In this document: piece after piece, positions 53,501 through 64,000 of the stretch
Numbering within the stretch: the stretch's first letter is position 1
How the letters are laid out: each line of letters begins with the position of its first letter
Assembly (NCBI GenBank): GCA_000165425.1
Contig: CT868496.1
Location: 1-64,000, forward strand
Direction of reading: 5' to 3'
Origin: Paramecium tetraurelia
Taxonomy: Eukaryota
Length of the DNA stretch: 64,000 nt
Translations under genes and position numbers: made by a program
Notes under the pieces: generated by a model
What the model was told of the DNA's origin: nothing
The model's database searches: none
The model's input: only the letters and a program-made list of their open reading frames with translations

Positions 53501-56500
53501 TAGTCCTATGAAATGGTGATATTTTCTTCGCATTATTTTGTGTAACTATTAAATTAGGAATGTAATGTATATGGCTCATTACTACATTCTGACTTCAATT
53601 CTTCTAATTAATATTCAGAGTAAACACATATGATCTTGGTGTAATTTTGGTATACTCCGTGAAAGTGACTATTCATTATTATTATTTGACCAATTGAACG
53701 GTCGAAAAATACTAAGGGTCTTTTTTGAATGATGAAATTAATTACATCCACTGTGTCTATGATGACTGAATAACTTTGCTTATTCGTCATTAATCCATAA
53801 CCAATGATGTTGTGGATCACCAAATTTTTCATTCTTATTATCCCCTTTTGGGTTTCAAAGAGCACAGAATCATAAGTGTCGAATGTAAATTTGTAAATAA
53901 GATCCTTTATTTCAATTAATTTTAAATAATCATTATATCCTGCTTTAGTGTTTTGAATAATGCAATCCTCTACTTGCAACGTATATTACTACTGTAGAAA
54001 ATCACTTATCTCAATTGAAATCACTGATGATTATAATGAATGTGCATCATTTATTGAAACATTTTAGAATTTGACAGACGATTAATCAGATAAGGTGATC
54101 ATGACAAATCCACCCTTATCGAAGCTCCAACTATTTTAGATCGTACAATTAATAATCTGAAAGTTTAACTTGGAGCCTTTGCTGTCTATAATGAAGGATC
54201 CCCCTTGACTCTCAAGTTATCCAATAATAGCCTATCCATTCTTGAACTGTGTATTAACAATTGAAACTATTCCATTATTAAGGGTTATCACATACATGCA
54301 ACCTCCTTTATAGCCAATATAGGTTTCAAAATAGCTATTGGAAATTTAGATTTCTTCTACATAGATTTGAGCTATTCCCCCATAACTCTTAACTTTATAA
54401 TCATATTCCAACTGCTCCATGTACAATAAGTCTTCATATTTAGAGGAATGCACTTGATAAAATAATTTATTTGGGTTATTTATTTCCGTAAAACTGCAGT
54501 TTGATATTATCACTTTTTGACACTAAATATACATATTGGAATTCAAGGAACCTATGATTAAGTTTGATCTAAATGAATTATTATAAAAATAAACAGATCC
54601 CTAAGGAATTAAGAAGTACAAATTATTGGCTGAAGTTCCATATGTATTTAATCCAATATATTCCTTATATATGGTGTTTAAGAATTTAGAATTTGTAAAG
54701 TTGATTGAAATCGAGTTTTTGGATTCTATGACTATGAATGCCACTGTAATATTATTGGTAGATTTGATAATCAGTGAATCTTGGAATGTGGAATTATTGA
54801 TATTAATCAAACATTTGAAATTAACTTAGGTACTTCCTATCTTAATTACAGGTTGGTTGTACGTGAATATATTGGTAAAATTTACTATTTAGAAATCTAC
54901 CTTTTTGATGTTTAATAAATTGATGATCGGTTTATTTGAATCTAGTAGAGTAATGCAATTCAAACTCCCTGATAATCCAGTTAGCTAATTTTATTAATGA
55001 ATTGTAATGTTTTTAAAACTAAAGAGGTCTAAGTCAGTTGCTTCAATTAGGGCACTAATTTGATCCTAGAACTCTATTACGCTATCATATAAGGAGAAGG
55101 AATTAGTCAGAATTTAAAAAGCAACATTGACATCTAATCCCATTGAGAGCATAAACATATTTAAATTTGTAATTTAAAGTAGGGTTGACGATTCCACATA
55201 TAGAAAACTTGAAAATTGAGTAATATAGTTCAAAGAAAATTATACTTTGTCTAATATGATATCAGATATCAAAGTTTTTTAAATGACACGTATAAGGTAA
55301 CTATTTTAAGTGATGTAATTTGCCTCAAAAAGCGAATTTTGTAATTATAATTCTGATGATTGACATATTGATGAAGAATCGATTATAAAGTTCATAAGGA
55401 TCTGAAGCTGATTGAATTGAAGATCTTAACCTTAAAATGCAAAGGAAATTTCAAGAGTACTTAATTTCATAACAAAGAAATGAACTTCACCTTATTAATT
55501 AATAGCAAATAATGTTGATTATTTTAAGTTATTTGACTCAACAGTGATTTAATTTAGAATTAATTCCTGTACATTTTAGAATTTAAATAAAGTTGAATTT
55601 GTTAAATTCAAATTAAATAATTAAACATTCTAGATGATGACAGATTAGATTGGTTCTACTTTCAATAAAGATTCTAGATTGGAAAACTAAAATCCCGCGA
55701 ATTTCATATTGATCATCGAAAAAGTATTCAAATTAGCATATTCAAAATGTATGAATCCACTACCTTAAAAGTTTGCATTCTAAAATCCAATATTTGTTTG
55801 ATCTAAGTTGAAATTGAAAGTAATAGAAGCATTTAAGCAATCTATATTCAAATTTTTAATCCAGAAGGAATGAAATTCTTTTATGTAGATATCTCCTGAA
55901 AAGTAAATAGTTGAATTTGATGTCATTCCCAGAAGATATAATGATACATTTTTCAATGAATAGACATTTGCTGAGAACTCCTAAGAAATCACTAAATTCT
56001 TAGGGAAAGTGCATGTTTAAGTAGTAAGATATATGTTCAAAGTCTGTACATTTTATTCATTCATATAGTTGAACAGCCCTTTTGAATACAGCAATTAGAA
56101 GACAAAAGATAGATCAGATTCTTAATTATAAGGTATGTCAAAAACATTTGCAGTTGGTTAACCCTAGAGACAAATTAAATTTAAAGTAATGGACATACTC
56201 ATTTAACAAGCTGATTCATCGGGACAATTGCTGAATTAATAAATATTGGAATCAAATAGTGAATCTTAAGAAAAAGGCAATAGGCATTAATTAGTGAATT
56301 AAGTGATGTTGACATCTGTTGCCGGAGCACAAAATTTACATAAACTGTGACATTGATAACATATCTTATTGCTAGTGCTGAGTATTAATCCATTACTTGA
56401 ATAGGAACATTTGGAGCAAATTTTGGAGTTGTTAACAATCAAACATTCCGAACAATCTGAAGGACATTTATTGATACAACTATCATTATATACTTCATAG

Positions 56501-59095
56501 CCTATTTTACATCCAGTGCAGATCACTTCAAAGTCATTTGGATTGCTCGACTCTACATAAGTCAGATAGTCGTGATTAAGATTCTTGTTCACATAAAATT
56601 CGTAGAATGGCCTGATATCCTTTTTCCAATTACTCTTATTTTTCTTGAATTGTTGGGAGCAGGATAAACAACCATTTGGACATTAGACACACATTCCCAC
56701 AATATGATCAGCATAATAGCCAGGAAAACAGTTTATGCAAATCACTTTATTAAGATAATTCACACATTCATAACAATTTTATAGTTTTAATTCACAACCC
56801 AATATTGATGTTGCTTATTCTCCACCAATTAAACAATAAAAGGTACCATTGTAGAATCCTGATTCTTAACAGAGTTGTGATGACTTATAACATACAAACG
56901 TAAGATTTGAAAAAGATTATCCAGAGATACATCTAGCACAAGTGCTTGTAATTAACGAGCTGATATCCATTGGTTAAAAGTATAAATCAATTGTAGTTTA
57001 GGGTTAATCCGCTATAAAATATTGGGAAATACCATATAGACAGCCCTTTATTGTAACTGCCTAACATTTAAGAGCATCAAATGATATTTCTTAAGTTAAC
57101 GGATCTGCACATTTTAAGCATCTATTGATGTAAGACTGTTTAATTTCATCGAAATAGAATTCACATATTGAACATTAGGCACCACATCCATAACATGTTC
57201 CATTAAACAGGGCAAACCCTGGTTAGCATGCCTAACAATTCGATGTTGAATTACAAGTGACACAATTAATTGGACACTTCTGACATTTAGTGCCATCATA
57301 TCCATAGAGCCTAATGCATTTAATACATATTTTTAAATTATTGCAAGTTCTACAACTACCCATACATTTCTAGCAAGTATTGCCTGATACAAAATACCCT
57401 TTTTTGCAGGAGAAATAGTATTGATTATATTGAATACACGTTAACTTTGTGACATCATTGCAATACTTTAAGCATCCGTAACACAATTCCAAATTCTATA
57501 ATTAACTATTGATGTAAAAGATCTCTTATAGGCTTTCATTTCTATCATATCTGATATATGTGGATATCAAGGAATATCTCTTATAATCAAAGGTGCAAAC
57601 TGGATTTTGATACCAGGTAGCTGCATTGAGTAAGCAATCTGCACAATTCAATTGATAATCATTGATAGAACTTGGACATGGCATACATTTATTATCAATT
57701 TAGAACTCTCCATATTTACATTTAAAAGTGTTGTTTTAATAGGTTTAATTCATAATGGGATACAATTCATTCATTTTATTGCATTTCTGAGCTAATTCTA
57801 AATCTACAAATCCGAATTCACAAGCACAAAACCCATATTTCCATGATCTGTGAGTATCCTATGGACATGTGATACAATCACTCTGAGTTGGACCATTACA
57901 AGTTAAACATGAATAATGACATCTAATCTAAAATGACTACTCTTCCTCATAATTGTAAGTTATTTCCAATTAGATTTTGCCACCCAAATAACTTTTATAA
58001 AAATAGCTGTCTGCTCCAACGTATAAGTAAACATATTGATCATGAAATTGCAAAGCACTAAATGTCTAAGTCAATTCTTAATCATTTGGATAGATTACTT
58101 TTAAGTAAGTCTTTTCTACCAAATATTAAAAATAAATATAATGCCATCTTTGGAATCTATCTCGATTCGTTGTATTTTAAATCAGAAATACATTGGAATT
58201 TTTGGTTTAGAACGCCAATTAAGATTAGGGAAAGGGGTAAGCTAGAACACTCACATTAAATAAATTGTAATTATTTGAACTGGGATCCAAGATGTAACTC
58301 ATCAATAAGGCTCTATCTCCCAGAAAACTATCATTACGATAATTCTCATTCAAAGTCAATCTCATTAATAAATACCTCTGTCTTTCAATAACATTCTCAA
58401 AACTGACCTTTACCCAACACCTAACTTGATATCTATAACCCAACATTTATAATTAGGTTGAGTAAAACGTATCTCCAAGCAATTGAATTCCATCAAAAAT
58501 GTCAACAATAGTTTTATTATAAGATTACGGACTTTGTAAATTACTCTTAAAATAATCATCAAATTCCTTATCATTAGTAAATGGCAATCTTGTGAAACCC
58601 TATACTTTACTGTACTTCCCATGAAAATAGTCAAAATTCAAGCTATTGACCTAAGCAATAAGTTAAATTTTTTAATACCTTTCCATATTAATTCAATACC
58701 GGGATTATGTTCTTAGTATTCAAAGCTACACTCTGCAATTTGCTGCCCCTTATATATAGCTTTGATCCTCCCTCCAGATTCTCAAAATAGGCATAATACC
58801 AAATTCCTTCAAAATTTATTGGATCTTAAGTTAAATTAGTAATTGTTCCATTATCAGACACTGTAATATTCAGTACCGGAGAATTAAAAGAAAGCCACAC
58901 ATATAGTTTTTGTGTAGGTGCTTCCGAATGAAAATTGTAATTTGCCATTACATTCTGACCTACATATATGGATTTGTCATTCAATATGAATTCTCCGGAT
59001 GCCTTTATATTAGAAAAAGGCAAATATTGAAACCAAAATCCGTAATGGGTTGTCACTGAAATAGACTATTTAATTAAAAGTAATAAGACTAGCAT
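50575..59095 (-). CDS. Giant (~2830 aa) surface protein: signal peptide, furin/EGF-like Cys repeats, beta-helix (GGAI/FxxN) region, multi-pass TM C-terminus
   Basis: Single 28-nt intron 58651-58678 explains the frame change in the ORF track. CHYSCLTCNGP, FQNNTAVIGGAIY, C..GS.GALCE.CD and WGYLFSEF...YFWE motifs. Confidence 0.92.
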
Positions 59096-59108
59096 ATAAT
59101 ATAATTAT

Positions 59109-59309
59109 TCAATTAAATTAATTTGGAATAAAATTCACTTCATTTTCTTTGTCTGCAAACAACTTTCTCTTCACATTTTTGATATCTGATTCATTCACTT
59201 TATTGGATGTTCCCAATATTTTCTAAGGCGCTTTTGGGTTGTTTGATAACTTAGTCAATTTCTCAGGAGTCGACACATTTTTCACTTCATCATTTTATTT
59301 TGCCTTCAT
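59109..59309 (-). CDS. 66-aa microprotein with CDK site, Cy/RxL motif and KEN box
   Basis: Complete ORF MKAKQNDEVKNVSTPEKLTKLSNNPKAPQKILGTSNKVNESDIKNVKRKLFADKENEVNFIPNQFN*. Confidence 0.7.
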
Positions 59310-60002
59310 ATTATAAAATAATTATTAAACTTTGTTCTTCAAAATTCTAGCAATTTATTTTAGTGAATTATTAATGCTTTTAAAATTTAGACATTTTTGT
59401 TTTCAATTTTTTTTTAATTATATTTCTACTTGTACTATAATTTAAATTGTCTCTATTAAGAATAAATAATATTGATTTTTCAATTATGTCATTTCAGAAT
59501 GACAGCAATTTGATGCTCTTATTTCCAACTCAAAATTTCACAGTATTTACAATAATTGAAATATGTTAGACATAATCAATTATTAGTTTATAAATTCTAT
59601 ATGCCATTATAAATCGAAATTAATCAATTATTGTTTTTTTAAATAAATCTTTAATTTAAATATGCTCATATCAACTGTAAGGGATAATAAATCTAAAGTC
59701 TGTATTTGATATAATATCAAAAAATATCATTAGCATTTTTGATATTAAAAATATTATAAGATATCATAAACTGAAGATTTACTTCTTTTACTATTCTTCC
59801 AATGAGTGAATACACATGCTGTTTACATATTTAATATTTATTTATTTTGGAATCATTGAATTCAACATAACATAGCTTGTTTAACTCTTATTGTTTAATT
59901 GTAGAAGAACATTAGATATTGAATCAAATGGAAAGTGTAATACATATACTCATGAAATATATGGTTTTGTATATTAATTTTTATTCTTAATTTAATATTA
60001 AA

Positions 60003-60828
60003 ATGGCAGAATTTAAAGAAGTATAAAATTAAGTAAAAAAATAGGACAAATTCTTTCGTAAGTCAGGAGATTCAGATGATTCTGTGGAGAAATTAAAAAA
60101 AAAAATATCCAAGCCAAAGTAATAAAATTCAATATCCACGTCCTAAAAAATCAAAGAAATGTTTAAAAAGTAACAATTCAAGGAACTTGTTAATTGGGCA
60201 GAAAAAGATACTTCTATCACTCTTCATGAATATGATGAAATGAAAGTGAATTCCCAAGTGTTGAAACTTGGATAATATGCTTTAATAAAAAATGCTAAAA
60301 ATCCTTCTGAAGATTACGTTGGTAAAATCTAAAGAATAGTTACAATAAAGGAGAACAAATCAACAAAATTAATTTGTTTATGCGAAGTTAACTGGTATAT
60401 CTACAATTCATCAAAGGTTTTATCGAAAAAGTGAAATAATAAAATTTAAACCCCAAGCCAAATAATGGATATCCAATAACGAAGTCTTCAGCACAAATTG
60501 CACAGATTATATTTTGGCCTCCACAATATAGTTACCCTGTCGAATTGTAACTTTGGAAGAATATGAAACATCCTCTCAAGTTGACAAAGGAGTATTTTTC
60601 ACTAGATTAGAATGGCTGCCTACTAAAAAGAAGTTTGATGGCTTATCTAAACTTTAACATCATTGTACTTGTAAATAACCCCAAAATCCAGATTAAATCT
60701 ATATTTAAGTAATTTCTTATCTATAATTTTAGTGTGACAAGTGTTAGAAGTGGTATCATATTACATGTGTAGGACTGAAGAAAGGAGAGTATGAATAGAA
60801 AGAATACATTTGTGGTTGCTGTAGATGA
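60003..60828 (+). CDS. BAH-PHD chromatin reader (EBS/SHL-like)
   Basis: BAH motifs DYVGKI...VNWFYR...NEVFS; PHD CTCKQPQNPD..YIQCDKCQKWYHITCVGL...YICGCC. Two short introns. Confidence 0.92.
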
Positions 60829-60856
60829 AATATAGTTAATATTATTATTTTAAAAT

Positions 60857-62588
60857 ATGGGAATCGATTCTTTATTAAAAGCTCTGAAATCTGTCACAAA
60901 ACCAAGACATATTTCTGAATATTCGAATAAGAAAATTGCTGTAGATACATATTGTTGGTACTCGGTATACTTATGACTTAGGTTGCATAAAGGGATATTC
61001 TTATGTGCTTAAGAATTGTCAGAAGGCAGAGAGACCAATGAACATATAAATTATTGCTTAAAAAAAGTAGAGTAGCTCAAAAAATATAATATTACTGTTG
61101 TTATGGTATTTGATGGAGCAAAACTCCCAAGCAAAAAGTCAACAGAAGAAGAGCGGGAAAAGTAATATAAATATACATATTTGTAGAAGGAGGAATGACA
61201 ACCTATAAAAGCATTTAGAATTCAAATAACTAGGCGAAAAAGATAAAGCATATTCAAAACTAGTTGAATCTATAGATGTTACTCCTTAAATGGCATCTAG
61301 ATTATTGGATGCATTGAGGACCAGGAATATTGAGTGCATAGTTGCCCCGTATGAGGCAGATGCTCAATTAGCATATCTATCCATAACAGAATACGTGGAT
61401 GTAATCATAACTGAAGATTCTGATCTAATTGCTTATGGAGCCAGAAAGGTACTATATAAATTGGATAAATTCGGATATGGAGAAGAGATTGATTACGAAT
61501 CTATTCAAACTTGTACAGAATACAACTTTTAGAATTGGCATCATTAAAAGTTTCTCACCTTTTGTATCCTATCAGGATGTGATTATTTGGGTTCAATAAG
61601 TGGAATAGGAATTAAAAGAGCCTATTAAGTAGTAGCAACATCATAAAATTATAAATAAGCCATTGATAATCTACAGAGGAAACAGAAGGTCTCCGTTCCT
61701 TTTGATTATGTCGAATAGTTTGAGAAAGCATATCTAACTTTTCTATTTCAGAGAGTGTTTTGTCCAGTTCAAAGAAAAATGGTCTCTGTGAATACTTTCG
61801 ACACTGACCTGTTATATCCTCAAATGAAATCCCTTTTGGAAGGAAATCTTGATTTTTTAGGCAATGTTTATACGGATACTCTGATTCAAGATATTGCTGA
61901 TGGTCGAATTTGTCCATAAGATTTAAAGCCATATTCTCAATCATCAAAGAACTTAAAACAATAAAGTTTAGATAATAAATAATAAAATGAAAATAATGAT
62001 CAATTAGAAATACCAACTTTTGGTAACAGTAGACCAGTTCAAGTTTTCAAATTTATTAAAAAATCACAATCTACAAAAATAAACCCTGAGGAATCTTTTG
62101 AAAGGTCTGGAGAATCAAAAGTCATCAATTAGTCTCAAATTATTAATTCAAAATCGACTGAGGATAATGAAAAATATTTAATAGAAAATCAATAAATTTA
62201 AGAATAAAGTAATCTATTCTCAAGCTAATAAGAGACTCTTAAATAAAAGTCATTGATCAATTCTAATATTCTGGCTAATCAAAATAAAAAGAAAAGTTCT
62301 AAAATTATTATCAAGCATGAATAAAAAAAAATCAATTAATATTTCTAACCTTCTTTCAAACCACCACCATCTGTTGTTTAATAATAAGAGTAAACACCTT
62401 CAGAAGTCAATATTATTGAAGAGGAAATACAAAAAATCGAATAGAAAGTTGATTCATAGGTTGAAGAAGAATTCCAGCAATATAGTATTTCGGAGGAGTA
62501 CTCTGATAATTTTCAAAAAAGGTTTTATTACACTGATTTTGGTTTTTTCTTAAGTCAGGAACTCCAGTTTAAACAAATTTAGCTTTGA
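60857..62588 (+). CDS. EXO1: Exonuclease 1 (XPG/Rad2 family)
   Basis: MGIDSLL, AVDTYCWLHKG, VFDGAKLPSK, VAPYEADAQLAYL, ITEDSDL, CILSGCDYL, TFLFQRVF. Confidence 0.95.
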
Positions 62589-62630
62589 AATTTTGTATTT
62601 TTACTTTATTATTATTTTTATTTTTTCCCA

Positions 62631-64000
62631 ATGTCTATCACTTTGAACAATAGATATGAAATAGATACTTCAAAATATATTAATAAAGGAACCTATAGCA
62701 TAGTATTTTATTGCAAAGATAAAGATAATGAATAATTATAATTAGCTGCAAAGGTAATCTTCATTTTGATTTTTAGGTGATTTCAGACGATTCAGAGAAT
62801 AACACTAAATCTATATAAGAATACTAAATTTTAAACTCGTTATAAGATTTCCAAAATCCACACATTGTAAAATGTTATGATATTGGCAAACATGAGGGGA
62901 AAATAATTATTATAATGGAATATTGTGAATTGGGAGATTTGAGTAAGAAAATTAATGAGATGAAATAACAAAACTAACGATTCACAGCTGAATAGATTCT
63001 GGACTTTATTTATTAAATTGTAGATGGTGCATATCTTCTATATTAAAATAACATTTTTCACAGAGATATGAAACCTTAAAACATTTTATTAACAAGAGAT
63101 TTTGAATAAAATTTATTATGCAAAGTAATTTTTATTTTATATTTTAGATTTGTGACTTTGGATCAGCCAGATTAGTTCAAGATATGGGATTGAAATAAGA
63201 TTTCACAAAATTTTGTACACCTTAATATTAATCTCCTGAAATTTATAAAAAATAACTATTTTCGCCTTAATCAGACATATTCTCATTTGGATTAATTATA
63301 TATGAATTATGCCTTTTAAAATATCCATATAATAATTCGGAGAGAGAAAGTTTCTTTGAATAACTGAAGAATAAACCATTCGAAATTGATTTGAGTACTA
63401 TTGAGGGTAACGAGGAATAGATAAATTTTATTAAATTAATTTTAGAATAGACTATAGTGTACGATTAAGAATCTAGATTTAATTGGTAGTTCTTACATGA
63501 TTTAATTACAGAATTTAAATAAAATTCATAAGCCACATATGAATAATAAAACAAAGACAATTCTTGTTATACTATTGCTAAATAACATGTTAATTTGTTA
63601 ATTAGTAAATTATAATTGGCTAATGCTTTGATGCTTCAATTCTAACTTTGTTTGTAAATATATATTTTATTTTAAGTAACAATCAATAACTGGATATTTC
63701 CATAGATATTTTCAAATTAGCTTTTACTACACTAGCTTGTTGTAAACACATATTGGGTATGTCAATAATTTCCTTTATGGAGTGTAATTACAAAACTTTA
63801 AGTTCAAATCTCAAAGAAATAATAAATAAAGAGATGTTTTAATAATTATCTGCAATTTACAAACAAAAATTCAAACAAGATCCTGATAACAATTTTAATT
63901 TTGATGATTTTGACATTAAGAAGTTTGATTATGCTTTGGGAGTAATTATTTTTTAAACCTTTTAATAGATGGCCAAACTTTAAATTATTTGGATAAATGA
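62631..64000 (+). CDS. Ser/Thr protein kinase, 3' end probably beyond the window
   Basis: INKGTYSIV, AAK, EYCELGDL, HRDMKPQN, CDFG, CTPQYQSPE, SDIFSFG. Confidence 0.9.

Noticed and set aside
58446..58826. Frame change in the giant surface protein gene
   Set aside because: Explained by a canonical 28-nt GTA..TAG intron at 58651-58678.

Overview
Gene-dense, very AT-rich ciliate macronuclear DNA, almost certainly Paramecium. TAA/TAG read as Gln, TGA is the only stop, introns are about 19-37 nt GT..AG, and intergenic spacers are often only 15-50 bp. The supplied ORF track uses a standard code and fragments every gene, so I retranslated by hand in code 6. About 39 coding regions are supportable. 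They include a PROPPIN-like WD40, a GYG K+ channel, a DHHC-like protein, TauE, a 5'-nucleotidase, three protein kinases, PI31, IFT80, a PABP-like protein, LanCL, UBA3, an E2, three trichocyst matrix proteins, a PHO80-type cyclin, two hybrid histidine kinases, a ~2830-aa surface protein, a BAH-PHD reader and EXO1. The most notable observations are: a head-to-head paralog pair of CaaX-tailed GTPases (one intact, one apparently a pseudo-GTPase); a 66-aa microprotein with CDK-inhibitor-like motifs; tandem hybrid histidine kinases with non-canonical H-boxes; a 19-bp element shared by two trichocyst gene promoters; a trunkless alpha-adaptin-ear protein; a stand-alone Sec3-like coiled coil; a DHHN pseudo-palmitoyltransferase; and a frameshift in one TMP gene. 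No RNA gene, transposon or telomere was recognised. Family calls rest on recalled motifs, not database searches, and intron positions are inferred from the sequence.
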